Assembly (NCBI GenBank): GCA_963794325.1
Contig: CAWCDG010000004.1
Location: 1,120,001-1,184,000 of the forward strand
Length of the DNA stretch: 64,000 nt
From: an uncultured delta proteobacterium
GTDB lineage: Bacteria > Desulfobacterota > Binatia > Binatales > Binataceae
Reading direction: 5' to 3'
Position numbers and translations under genes: made by a program. A model generated the notes under the pieces. It did not search any database. It worked only from the letters and a program-made list of their open reading frames with translations, and was not told the origin of the DNA. Shown piece by piece: positions 27,898-37,768 of this stretch; position 1 is the first letter of the stretch, and every line of letters begins with the position of its first letter.

Positions 27898-28896
27898 ATG
27901 AGCGGCGGCATCACTCTCACCCGTCACATCATGACCAAGAGCGGGACTGCGATCCCGGTCGCCGACCTCGCGCTGATAATGGAGCGCATCGAGCTGATCG
28001 CCAAGCGCATCACGCGCGAGCTGGCAGCCGCGGGCCTCAGCGACGAGCTCGGCTATACCGGCGAGACCAACGTGCAGGGTGAGAAGGTCAAGAAGCTTGA
28101 CCAATGGGGCAACCAGGTTTTCCTCGACGCCTTCGAGCACGGATACCCGGTATGCAGTCTCATTTCCGAAGAGATGGACGAGCCCCACCATTACTCAGTC
28201 AACTGCCGCGACAATAGCTACTGCATACTCTACGATCCGATCGACGGGTCATCGAACACCGACGTAAACGGATCGCTCGGCACTATCTTCGCGGTCAAGA
28301 AACGCGCCCCGAAGCACGCCAAAGGAATCGACGACATCCTCGTGCCGGGAACCAAGCAAGTCATTGCGGGCTATATTCTATATGGGCCTGCGGCGCAGCT
28401 CGTGTACACCGCCGGCGACGGTGTCGACGTCTTCACGCTCGATCGAACGCTCGGCGAGTTCATTCTCTGGAAAGAAAACGTGAAGATGCCGCCGCACGGC
28501 AGTACCTATGCCGTCAACCAGGCCAATGCGGGCAAGTGGCACGAGGGGGCGCGCAAGTTCATTGCGCATATTACTAGTCGCAAAGACAAGCGAACTACCT
28601 ATTCACTTCGATACTGCGGTGCGTTCGCCGCCGACTTCCATCGATGCTTGCTCGAGGGCGGAATTTATATGTACCCCGGCGAGGTTGCGGAGGGCGGCAA
28701 GGCCAAGGGCAAGCTCCGCCTGATGTACGAACTCGCGCCGCTCTCGATGCTCGCGGAGCAGGCGGGGGGTCGCGGCTCGACCGGCAAACAGCGGATTCTC
28801 GACATAGCTGCGACTGCGATCCACGAGCGGCATCCAATTTACATCGGCAGCGCAGAGGAAGTGGCGCTGGCCGAGTCGTTCAAAGTCGAAGGCTGA
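27898..28896 (+). CDS. fbp: Class 1 fructose-1,6-bisphosphatase
   Basis: NVQGEKVKKLD, SEE, DPIDGSSN, GKLRLMYE. Confidence 0.96.
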   Translation: MSGGITLTRHIMTKSGTAIPVADLALIMERIELIAKRITRELAAAGLSDELGYTGETNVQGEKVKKLDQWGNQVFLDAFEHGYPVCSLISEEMDEPHHYSVNCRDNSYCILYDPIDGSSNTDVNGSLGTIFAVKKRAPKHAKGIDDILVPGTKQVIAGYILYGPAAQLVYTAGDGVDVFTLDRTLGEFILWKENVKMPPHGSTYAVNQANAGKWHEGARKFIAHITSRKDKRTTYSLRYCGAFAADFHRCLLEGGIYMYPGEVAEGGKAKGKLRLMYELAPLSMLAEQAGGRGSTGKQRILDIAATAIHERHPIYIGSAEEVALAESFKVEG

Positions 28897-28913
28897 AGCT
28901 GGCGAGGTTCCCA

Positions 28914-29906
28914 ATGGATGGGCTCATCCTGGCCGGCGATGTCGGCGGAACCAAAACTCATCTCGGGCTCTTCAAACATTCGGCGGAGATTCTCGAGCTC
29001 GTGCGCGAGCATCGCTACGCGACTGCGGATTTCGACAGCCTCGAAGCAGTCTGCGCGGATTTCCTCGGCGCAAGCGACGCAGTGAACGCCGCATGCATCG
29101 GCGTGCCGGGACCGATAATCGACGGCCGCGGGCACGCCACCAATGTACCCTGGCTACTCTCCGCCGCATCCCTGTCGCACGCCCTCAACGGCGTCCCGGT
29201 GCGCCTGCTCAACGATCTCGCGGCGATCGCCTACGGCATGATTCATCTTAAACCCGGCGAGTTCGCGGTTTTGCATAGCGCGGAGAATCCACCTGAGCAC
29301 GGCAATATCGCGGTGATCGCGGCGGGCACCGGTCTGGGCGAATCCGCGCTGGTCTGGGAGGACAACCAAAACAAGTTTTACGCGGTCGCTTCCGAGGGCG
29401 GCCACAGCGACTTCGCGCCGCACGGCGCTGAGCAGATCGACCTGCTGCGATTTCTCACCGACGAATTCGGACACGTCAGCTACGAGCGCGTCCTCTCGGG
29501 TCCGGGTCTCTGGAACATCTATCGATTTTTGCGGCGCAAGAGCCGCGACCAAGAGCCCGATTGGCTGAAGGCGCAGATCGCAGCCGGCGATCCGTCGGCA
29601 GCGGTGAGCGATGCGGCGCTCGCGGGCCGCGACCCCCTATGTGTTCACGCCCTCACCATGTTTTGCGATATTTACGGTTCGGAGGCCGCCAACCTTGCGC
29701 TCAAAGTCCTGGCGCTCAGTGGCGTCTATATCGGCGGAGGCATCGCGCCGAAAATTTTGGCCATGCTGACCAGCGGCGCGTTCGTGAAAGGATTCATGGC
29801 CAAGGGCCGGCTGAACGAGATTCTGAAGCGTATCGAGGTCCGCGTCTCGCTGAATCCAGCCGCCGGCCTCCTCGGCGCAGCCCATTATGCGGCCGCGATG
29901 TTGTGA
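28914..29906 (+). CDS. glk: Glucokinase
   Basis: LAGDVGGTKT, LLND, AGTGLG, SEGGH, SYERVLSGPG, GGGIAPK; start ATG 28914. Confidence 0.95.
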   Translation: MDGLILAGDVGGTKTHLGLFKHSAEILELVREHRYATADFDSLEAVCADFLGASDAVNAACIGVPGPIIDGRGHATNVPWLLSAASLSHALNGVPVRLLNDLAAIAYGMIHLKPGEFAVLHSAENPPEHGNIAVIAAGTGLGESALVWEDNQNKFYAVASEGGHSDFAPHGAEQIDLLRFLTDEFGHVSYERVLSGPGLWNIYRFLRRKSRDQEPDWLKAQIAAGDPSAAVSDAALAGRDPLCVHALTMFCDIYGSEAANLALKVLALSGVYIGGGIAPKILAMLTSGAFVKGFMAKGRLNEILKRIEVRVSLNPAAGLLGAAHYAAAML

Positions 29907-29954
29907 TATAGGAATGCAAACTGCAACGACACTCCCGACGGGAGACAGGGGCAT

Positions 29955-30869
29955 ATGACCAAGCGAGTTCGAGAGATTCTCAGCTACTACGATTCCGATA
30001 ACGGCAGCGTGCGTAACAACCTGTCGCGGATGCTCAATAACGGCAAGCTCGCGGGCACCGGCAAATTCGTCATCCTGCCCGTCGACCAGGGCTTCGAGCA
30101 CGGCCCGGCGCGCAGCTTCGCGATGAATCCGCCGGCGTACGATCCGCGTTATCACTTTCAGCTCGCGATCGACGCGGGATGCAACGCATTTGCGGCGCCG
30201 CTCGGACTCCTGGAGGCGGGAGTCGCCGAATATGCCGGCGAGATTCCGCTCATCCTGAAGGTCAATAACCACGACGTTCTCAACGACGAAAAGGATCCCG
30301 CGCCCTCGATGACCGCCAGCGTCAAGGACGCTCTGCGCCTCGGCGCCGCCGCGGTCGGCCTGACGATCTACCCGGGCTCACAGAAGGAAAAATCGATGTA
30401 CGAGGAGGCGCGCGCGATCGGCGAAGAGGCCAAAGCCAACGGACTCCCGCTGGTCATCTGGTCGTACCCGCGCGGCTCCGGCATCAGCAAGCAGGGCGAG
30501 ACCGCGCTCGACGTCGTCGCGTATGCGGCGCAAATCGCGGCGCAGCTCGGCGCCAATATTATCAAGGTCAAGCCGCCGACCGCTTTCATCGAACAAGCCG
30601 AGGCCAAAAAAGTTTACGACGCGCAAAAAATTCCGCTCGAGCCGCTGTCGGCGCGCATCGCGCACGTCATGCAGGCCGCATTCGCCGGCCGGCGCATCGT
30701 GATTTTCTCGGGCGGCGTCAAGGAGACCGACGATTCGCTGCTCAATACCGTTCGCGGGATTCAGGCCGGCGGCGGCTACGGATCGATCATCGGCCGCAAC
30801 AGTTTCCAGCGTCCCAAACCCGAAGCGATCGCGCTGCTCAACAAGGTCATCGACATTTACAAGGGCTGA
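29955..30869 (+). CDS. fbaB: Class I fructose-bisphosphate aldolase (DhnA type)
   Basis: ILPVDQGFEHGP, WSYPRG, IIKVK Schiff-base Lys, GRNSFQ. Confidence 0.93.
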   Translation: MTKRVREILSYYDSDNGSVRNNLSRMLNNGKLAGTGKFVILPVDQGFEHGPARSFAMNPPAYDPRYHFQLAIDAGCNAFAAPLGLLEAGVAEYAGEIPLILKVNNHDVLNDEKDPAPSMTASVKDALRLGAAAVGLTIYPGSQKEKSMYEEARAIGEEAKANGLPLVIWSYPRGSGISKQGETALDVVAYAAQIAAQLGANIIKVKPPTAFIEQAEAKKVYDAQKIPLEPLSARIAHVMQAAFAGRRIVIFSGGVKETDDSLLNTVRGIQAGGGYGSIIGRNSFQRPKPEAIALLNKVIDIYKG

Positions 30870-30875
30870 TCGACC

Positions 30876-31685
30876 ATGCAGTACACCGAGTACCAGCATC
30901 TCCTGTTCGAGCGGAAGGACGACGGCATCCTGCTCATCACGATCAATCGTCCTGAAGTTCTCAACGCCACAAACAACCGCCTGCATTGGGAGTTGAGCCG
31001 CGTCTGGCTCGACATCGCCGACGACGACGAGACCAACGTGATCGTCGTGACCGGCGCCGGACGCGCGTTCTCAGCCGGCGGCGACCTCGACATGATTCAG
31101 AGTATGGCCGCGAGCGCGGGCAACATCGGCAAGGCGTGGAAGGAAGCCGGCGACATCGTCTACAACATGATCAATCTCGACAAGCCGATCATCTCGGCGA
31201 TCAACGGCGTCGCCGTCGGCGCGGGATTGGCGGTCGCGTTCATGGCGGATATCAGCATCGCATCCGAGACGATGCGCATCACCGACGGACATCTGCGGCT
31301 CGGCGTCTCAGCCGGCGATCACGCGGTGATTATCTGGCCGCTGCTGTGCGGGATGGCGAAGGCGAAGTACTACCTGATGACTGCGGATTTCGTCGACGGC
31401 AAGGAAGCCGAGCGCATCGGGCTGGTCAGCCTGTGCGTCCCCGTCGACAAGCTCATGGACAAGGCGATGGAAGTTGCGCGCAAGCTGGCGCGCGGCCCGC
31501 AGCAGGCGGTGCGATTCACGAAACGCTCGCTCAACAACTGGCTGCGAGTCGCCGGCCCGGCCTTCGACGCGTCACTGGCGATGGAGATGATGGGATTCTT
31601 CAGCGCGGACCTGAAGGAGGGAGTCGCCGCATTGCAGGAGAAGCGCCAACCTTCCTTTCCGGGCTTCGGCAAACCGAAATCCTGA
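30876..31685 (+). CDS. Enoyl-CoA hydratase/isomerase (crotonase) family protein
   Basis: INRPEVLNA, TGAGRAFSAGGD, INGVAVGAG, EAERIGLV. Confidence 0.92.
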   Translation: MQYTEYQHLLFERKDDGILLITINRPEVLNATNNRLHWELSRVWLDIADDDETNVIVVTGAGRAFSAGGDLDMIQSMAASAGNIGKAWKEAGDIVYNMINLDKPIISAINGVAVGAGLAVAFMADISIASETMRITDGHLRLGVSAGDHAVIIWPLLCGMAKAKYYLMTADFVDGKEAERIGLVSLCVPVDKLMDKAMEVARKLARGPQQAVRFTKRSLNNWLRVAGPAFDASLAMEMMGFFSADLKEGVAALQEKRQPSFPGFGKPKS

Positions 31686-31697
31686 TCCAGGCGAGAA

Positions 31698-32036
31698 TTA
31701 AGCGGCGACTCGCACGACAGCGCGCAGGCGAGAACGCGGCTTCGGCCTGATCCTGATTTCCACGTCCTGGTCGAGCGCGGCGAGAAATCTAATCATCCGC
31801 GCGATCGAATAGCCGCGCGTCTTTCCATTCATGAGCTCGCAGACTTTGGGTTGATCGACGCCCAGGACGCGAGCCGCGGCGCGCTGGCTCAGCTTTCTTT
31901 CACGAATGATCGCGATAATGCGGCGAAGCAGTTCGGTCTCGATCGCTAGATCATCGGCGTTGGCGAAACCCAGGTCGGCAAAGACATTTCCGCTGCCCGT
32001 CACCCACTTTTCGTCGCGGGATTTTGCGTCGCCCAC
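31698..32036 (-). CDS. HigA2-like XRE/HTH antitoxin (orphan)
   Basis: GSGNVFADLG, LSQRAAARVLGVDQPKV, DVEIRI; GTG start with RBS AAGGAG. Confidence 0.85.
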   Translation of the reverse strand: MGDAKSRDEKWVTGSGNVFADLGFANADDLAIETELLRRIIAIIRERKLSQRAAARVLGVDQPKVCELMNGKTRGYSIARMIRFLAALDQDVEIRIRPKPRSRLRAVVRVAA

Positions 32037-32066
32037 TTCAATCTCTCCTTGATGGTGCTCATCGAT
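32000..32066 (-). pseudogene. Possible 3' remnant of the cognate RelE/Gp49-like toxin
   Basis: The frame overlapping the antitoxin start reads ..MSTIKERLKWA..; the upstream part is occupied by REP-like sequence. Confidence 0.35.
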
Positions 32067-32401
32067 AACGCGCTACGCGCGAGATCCTTCGCTGCGCTCG
32101 GAGCTTGTGAGCAAATTGAACAGCGGCCGAAATGGAGCGCGCGCAGCGCGCGAACTCGGAGACCGGAAACGGCTTCGCGTGTGGCGCGAAGCTGTCCGAG
32201 GTCCTTCCTCCCGTCGCTAACGCTCCCGTCGTCAGGATGACACAAGGAATCGCTTTGCTCGAACACAACGGATGCTATTTCTAGCCTCTCGACCTTGGCT
32301 CGATCAAAGACTTTTTACCCCCCTTTTGATGCGGCGTGCATTTTGGAATACTGTGCATCGTTTGAAACGACCTTAAACCTGAGCGAGGACCAAAAAGGAA
32401 A

Positions 32402-32731
32402 ATGTTGAGAAAGAAAATTGCACTTGTGGCTGCTTCGGCGATGCTCGCGACGACGGTTGCGTTCACCAGCGGTGCACGACCGGCTTACGCGGCCAAGGTC
32501 GATTGCGACGCCGTGATGAACGAGGTCAATAGCGGTAAGAAGGCCAAGGAGATCGCTACCGACCTGAGCATCTCGACTTCGAGCGTCTATCGCTGCAAGC
32601 GGCACGCGAAGGCCGCCGCCAAGGCTGCGAACAAATCGTCGCCGCAGGCTATGAAAGGTAGTGAGCCGCCTGCAATGTCAGCGCCTTCGCCCGCAATGGC
32701 GGCGCCGGCAGCGGCTGCTTCGCCCAAGTAG
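32402..32731 (+). CDS. Small secreted protein with a Cys-flanked HTH-like motif
   Basis: Signal peptide ...RPAYAA; DCDAV...GKKAKEIATDLSISTSSVYRC; Ala/Pro tail; RBS AAAAGGA. Confidence 0.75.
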   Translation: MLRKKIALVAASAMLATTVAFTSGARPAYAAKVDCDAVMNEVNSGKKAKEIATDLSISTSSVYRCKRHAKAAAKAANKSSPQAMKGSEPPAMSAPSPAMAAPAAAASPK

Positions 32732-32812
32732 ATATTGCGCTTCGATGCGTCGCGGGTCATCTCGGCTCGCGACGCGTCGTGTTGCGTACAAATTTTCGAC
32801 GACTTTATCGCG

Positions 32813-33106
32813 ATGCCGAAATGCGAACTGTGTGAGCTGCGTGATTACACGCAGCGCTATGCCGATTTCGTTCACCCTTTCAAATTTACAATTCTCGATT
32901 GCGATTCGTGCGACACTCCGATGGCCGTCCTCGGAGAGCATCGCGCCGTTCCCACCGACGAGGAACGCGCGTTCATGATCGAGGCGCTCTCACTGGTCGC
33001 GCGCGCCAAGTATGGCGCCGACAAATTCGGCATCGACGACGTGATGCGCCAGATTCCCGACCACTGTCACATGCACGCCCGCCCTATTCGGCGCTGGCAA
33101 TATTAG
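32813..33106 (+). CDS. Small HIT-like protein
   Basis: CELC N-terminus, CDSC, HCHMH (HxHxH). Confidence 0.65.
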   Translation: MPKCELCELRDYTQRYADFVHPFKFTILDCDSCDTPMAVLGEHRAVPTDEERAFMIEALSLVARAKYGADKFGIDDVMRQIPDHCHMHARPIRRWQY

Positions 33107-33302
33107 CCGCCGCAGCGCGCCCTTCACGCCCGTCAAACATATTACGGCGCGGTTTCGCGAGTTTTACCCATTTGGTATGCGCCTCATCTTGTGCTATATG
33201 CCCGCCGTTACGCGCGCTGCCTTGGGGAGGCGGCGTCTATGGCCAGGAGCGGGCCTTGATGGGGGTGCTCCGGCCGGTTCCCTTCAGGAGGTATGGGGGA
33301 AA

Positions 33303-33503
33303 ATGGCTAACGGTACTGTCAAATGGTTCAGCCCAAAGAAGGGCTACGGCTTCATCACGATGGAGGACGGGCAGGAAGTGTTCGTCCACTACAGCGCCAT
33401 CGATGGGTCTGGTTTCCGCTCACTCGAACAGGGTGAGCGCGTTGAGTTCGAGGTCGCGCAAGGCCCCAAGGGATTGCAGGCTTCGAACGTCGCCAAGGGA
33501 TAG
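33303..33503 (+). CDS. Cold-shock protein (CspA family)
   Basis: [18 protein letters not shown]...VFVHYSAI...[10 protein letters not shown]. Confidence 0.96.
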   Translation: MANGTVKWFSPKKGYGFITMEDGQEVFVHYSAIDGSGFRSLEQGERVEFEVAQGPKGLQASNVAKG

Positions 33504-33621
33504 CCGCAACGCGGGGATTCTCACGGTAAGGGGGGTCTTTTCGACTGTCCGAGCACTCGGAGTACGACGCCTGCGCGCCGTCGCGTCGGCATGCCCGATG
33601 CCTTTGTGATATTACGGCCCC

Positions 33622-34569
33622 ATGAGTGACGCAGTCCCGCTCGGCAACCGGCTTCGATTCGGCACGATGGTCTCGACTTCGAGTCGCGAAGAGGCGACCC
33701 GCGGCCTCGAATCGATCTCGCAATGGGGTTACGAAGTCCTGTGGGCGCCCGACCATGTCGCGTTCACCGGCCCGGTCAACGATCCGCTGACGACGCTCGC
33801 ATACCTGTCGGCGCTCGATCCCAAACTCACTTTTGGAACCAGCGTCTACCTGTTACCGCTGCGCCATCCGGTGCCTGTCGCCAAAATGGTCGCCACTCTT
33901 GATCGCCTGCTCGGCGCGGGTCATTTCATCTTCGGCGTCGGCGTCGGTGGTGAATTCCCGCGCGAGTACGAAGCCTGCGGCGTGCCGATTCACGAACGCG
34001 GCGGCCGCGCGACCGAGGCGATCGAGGTAATGAAGCGGCTGTGGACCGGCGATCGCGTCGAGCATCGCGGCAAATATTTCAGCTTCGGCGAAATCAGCAT
34101 GCAGCCTCGCCCAAGAACCCCCGGCGGCCCTCCAATCTGGATCGGTGGGCGCGCCGAAGGTCCGCTCAAGCGCGCCGCGCGATACGGCGACGGATGGATG
34201 CCGTACGTCGTCACGCCCAAGCGCTTCGCCGACGGCCTGGATTTCATCGGCAAGCAAGCGGAGCAGGCCGGCCGCAAAATTACCGCGTTCGGCACCTGTA
34301 TCCAGCTATTCTGCCGGCTGGGCGAGAGCGTCGAAGCCGCGCACGCGGTCGCGGGGAAGTTCCTGAGCAAGCGGTACGCAACCGACATGACCGACGCCGC
34401 CAAACGCTACGGCGCGCTAGGCCGCCCGGCCGACGTAGCCGCAAAAATAGGCGAGTACATCAAAGTCGGCGCCCGCGACATCGGAATCGACGCCATCACG
34501 CATCCATCAGAACGGACCGACCAACTAGAGCAATTCGCCAAGGAAGTAATCCCGCTACTCACCCTGTAG
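33622..34569 (+). CDS. LLM-class flavin/F420-dependent oxidoreductase
   Basis: WAPDHV, LPLRHP..VAK..ATLD, GVGVG, PPIWIGG, YGDGW. Confidence 0.9.
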   Translation: MSDAVPLGNRLRFGTMVSTSSREEATRGLESISQWGYEVLWAPDHVAFTGPVNDPLTTLAYLSALDPKLTFGTSVYLLPLRHPVPVAKMVATLDRLLGAGHFIFGVGVGGEFPREYEACGVPIHERGGRATEAIEVMKRLWTGDRVEHRGKYFSFGEISMQPRPRTPGGPPIWIGGRAEGPLKRAARYGDGWMPYVVTPKRFADGLDFIGKQAEQAGRKITAFGTCIQLFCRLGESVEAAHAVAGKFLSKRYATDMTDAAKRYGALGRPADVAAKIGEYIKVGARDIGIDAITHPSERTDQLEQFAKEVIPLLTL

Positions 34570-34575
34570 CCGCGA

Positions 34576-37500
34576 TCACTTCAGATGGAACAAAATGTCT
34601 CTCACCTTGGCGTGGGTCTCGGGTTCGACGTCGTGTTCCGTGAGAATTTGCATGACCTCGTACTCTCCCAATGCGCGGTAACTCTCGAACTGTGACTCCG
34701 AGAACCACTGGTCCGCGGTGCTCTCATGCGGAAATTCGGTATGCTGCTTCTCGTAGTTGAGAACATCGGCGGTTTCTTTGCCGGTAAGTGTGGGCTTGAT
34801 GTAGATGAGGCGTCCGTCGGGCCGGCATGGATCCTCGGGACGGTAATGAATTTTTCCGAGAGCACAGTACAGGGTTGGAGCGCCGGGCGGACAGCCCTTG
34901 TTGTATTTCTGAAAGTTTGAAAACGGTTCAAAATCGATCGAGATTCCCAGGTCAGTTCTGATTTTCCGAATCGCGTTGCCAAGATCTTCGAACGCGAAGT
35001 CCTTGTCCTCGCCCGCATCGATCACCACGATCGTGCGGCATCGCCTCAGCACCATCTCGTACAACCCCAGGTTTTCGAAGTGGCCGCCATCGGAAAGATT
35101 CACATGGGGTTTCTGATCGTTGGTGCGGCCCAACCCTTCATCGATCAAATACTTCGCGCCGTTCCCCGGGTTCGAATACATATAGGTGTCGCTGCCAGCG
35201 CTCCCGGGATTTCCCAGCCACCATCCCAGCCGTGCGTTGAACAGCGTCAGCAGCATCGATACGATCGCCGATGAGTTGTAGCCCATGTCGGGGCTGACCG
35301 CGGCACCCGAAATCGCGGTGGCCGTGCCCAGCGTGATGGACATTGTGTCCTCGCGTGCCTGTTTGAGAAACGGGACGTAATTGTAACGCGCATACTCCGA
35401 CGATCGGCGATAGCCGACCCACAAACTCCCCGAATGCAGCGGCGTAACAGTGAAGCTCTCGGCCTTGCGTTCCTGCCACGCGAGCTTGGTTGAAACCGGC
35501 TCAACCATATTCAGCGTCATATTGATAAACGGCATCAGCTTGCGGGGTCCGCACATCCATAACTTTGCCATCGGGATATTGTCCTTAGGATCAAATCCCG
35601 TGAGCGGATTCGGGCGGCGTGCGCCTTTCTCGCGTGAAGCGCCCAGGTAAGCGCGAATCAGCCGGTTCCGGTACATCGCGTGCAGCGAGTACTTGTTGGG
35701 ATCGATGAACTCGGACGTTGCCAGCCCTAAGACTGCGGCCGCGACGATCGCTAAGAATGCACCCGACATCGACACCGCATGGGTCAGCACCAGCCAGTGT
35801 TGCGGGATCGATGCTACCAGACACGCGGCCACGTCCGTCATTCCATCAACCAGCAAGCCGGCCACGACTGCAAGCGCGGCGAGAATGAGAACGATTGAGA
35901 TCGCGCCCAGTACAGGAAGTCCACGCTGGAGCGCCATCGACGATGGAGGTAGCGACTCGCCACCGACCCCCGCCGGTGTCTTGCTGGAAAATCCGAGATA
36001 AGCGGTGACGACGCTCACAATCACGCCACCAGCGTATGACCACGCCTTGTTCCACAATGGGCTGACGAACAAAGCCGGCCCAAACAACGAGATTGCGCCG
36101 AGCGCGCCCCAGGCGAAGCTTCCGGCTAGGATCCATGCGCCCAATCGCGCCCAATACTCGCGGTCGTCATCATCGGTCCAGAAAGTCGCGAAACCTACGA
36201 AGACCGTCGCCGCGACCAGGAACACGATCAACACCAACGGCGTCGCCAGGCACAAGTAGAGTTCCCTATCTTGCAAATGGATGTCGAACGAACGCCAGCC
36301 TTTCAGGATCAAGTAGAAAAGCCCCATCCCCACCAGCGCGCTGAAAAGCATCGCGGCCAAATCGCCGATATACCATCCCCGCAGCGAAATCGCGTAACCG
36401 ATCCACCCAAGCAAGGCTGAGGCGGCGCCGAACACCACAAAAATGCCCACCTCGCTGAAGCTCCCGAGTCGAAAGAGGAATGAGTGGTATGCACACGTCG
36501 AGAAGATAAACGCGGACAGCAACAATGGCATTAGCGACAAAGCTACGACGCTGCTCTGCGAGCGATGATGGAGCCACCATCGCGACCAACTAGAAGAAGC
36601 CGAGATGCACTCGAGTCGCTTAAGGTGAGTCGGTCGCGCCATTCCTTGATAGAACATCGCACACGCGAACCCGGGAACCGCCAAAGCCAGGCATACCCAC
36701 GGCACCCAGCAGTGCTGGGACGAGTTGATCAATCTGCTCGCGGGACGCAGCAGCACGAGAACCAGGTGCGGTACTGCCAGGACGGCAATCAGCAACGGGA
36801 GCAACACGACCCAGTTGAGAAGCAGGTTGCGGATATAGATGGCGGCCAGCGTCCAGGTGTCGGCAGACAACAGGCCGGTGCGCGGACTCAGATAGTTGCT
36901 GAAATTACGCAGATAGAAGATCGGATCGGGTTCCGGTTCCAACTTCGATTGTGTGGGATTACTGAGTTGATCGATTACCTTAGGCAGGTCGCCCTTGCTC
37001 CAATACGTCCACGCCGCGAGCCATCCGCCGAGATAGCCGCCGCCTGAGACGGTCGAGAGATAGTGGAACTTGTCGAGCAGGCCGTTTTTCGCAAGTCCTT
37101 GTAGCACGCCCAGGCAAAACGTTGCGCTTCGAATCCCGCCGCCAGAAAAACACAAGGCCGAAAGATCAGCGCGATGCAGGTCATCGACTACCCCGGGCAT
37201 GAGCTTATCGCTCACCGGTCTGACGCCGCCGGCGAACACGCAGTCCAGCAGATCGCGATTCATCTCCTTGCGCTGATCGGGGCTAAGGGGCTTCTTCTCC
37301 TGCTCGGTTTTATGCTCCTGCTCCAGAACTGATCTGGCGATTGGGACGTTAAGAAAGGCTTCGCCCAGGTTCCGAGTTTTCAGTAGCTCATTGAGCACCG
37401 CGAGCGCGGCCTGTTCAGTCTGTTCCTTCTGTTCGGCCTGTTGCTTCGGCGCGAGCTTTTCGAAATCTTCGAGCTGCTTGATGTAGGGCAATAACTGAAC

Positions 37501-37692
37501 TTCTATGGGGGGGTTCGTTAGCTCGGGTTTGCGCGCGGCGATCTGCGTCGCCAGCAGTGAGAGAATGTCGATTTCGTCCGGCGAGTAATCGAACGGATCC
37601 TTCGGCAGCTCTTCCGTAGGCTTCCTTAACACCGTTAGTTCTTCGCGAAGCACCTCCCATAGGTGCAGCGGCCATTCCAGCGGCCATTCCAT
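34576..37692 (-). CDS. Large polytopic-membrane patatin/cPLA2-like phospholipase
   Basis: FSGGGIRSA, LSTVSGGG nucleophile Ser, LSDGGHFENLG; about 12 TM segments between the catalytic halves. Confidence 0.85.
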   Translation of the reverse strand: MEWPLEWPLHLWEVLREELTVLRKPTEELPKDPFDYSPDEIDILSLLATQIAARKPELTNPPIEVQLLPYIKQLEDFEKLAPKQQAEQKEQTEQAALAVLNELLKTRNLGEAFLNVPIARSVLEQEHKTEQEKKPLSPDQRKEMNRDLLDCVFAGGVRPVSDKLMPGVVDDLHRADLSALCFSGGGIRSATFCLGVLQGLAKNGLLDKFHYLSTVSGGGYLGGWLAAWTYWSKGDLPKVIDQLSNPTQSKLEPEPDPIFYLRNFSNYLSPRTGLLSADTWTLAAIYIRNLLLNWVVLLPLLIAVLAVPHLVLVLLRPASRLINSSQHCWVPWVCLALAVPGFACAMFYQGMARPTHLKRLECISASSSWSRWWLHHRSQSSVVALSLMPLLLSAFIFSTCAYHSFLFRLGSFSEVGIFVVFGAASALLGWIGYAISLRGWYIGDLAAMLFSALVGMGLFYLILKGWRSFDIHLQDRELYLCLATPLVLIVFLVAATVFVGFATFWTDDDDREYWARLGAWILAGSFAWGALGAISLFGPALFVSPLWNKAWSYAGGVIVSVVTAYLGFSSKTPAGVGGESLPPSSMALQRGLPVLGAISIVLILAALAVVAGLLVDGMTDVAACLVASIPQHWLVLTHAVSMSGAFLAIVAAAVLGLATSEFIDPNKYSLHAMYRNRLIRAYLGASREKGARRPNPLTGFDPKDNIPMAKLWMCGPRKLMPFINMTLNMVEPVSTKLAWQERKAESFTVTPLHSGSLWVGYRRSSEYARYNYVPFLKQAREDTMSITLGTATAISGAAVSPDMGYNSSAIVSMLLTLFNARLGWWLGNPGSAGSDTYMYSNPGNGAKYLIDEGLGRTNDQKPHVNLSDGGHFENLGLYEMVLRRCRTIVVIDAGEDKDFAFEDLGNAIRKIRTDLGISIDFEPFSNFQKYNKGCPPGAPTLYCALGKIHYRPEDPCRPDGRLIYIKPTLTGKETADVLNYEKQHTEFPHESTADQWFSESQFESYRALGEYEVMQILTEHDVEPETHAKVRDILFHLK

Positions 37693-37768
37693 GGTAGAAA
37701 TCCCCCCAACTGGATTTACTGGCCGTTAAAATTAGTTTTTTGGCGGGTGAATGACTAGTAGGGCTTTG

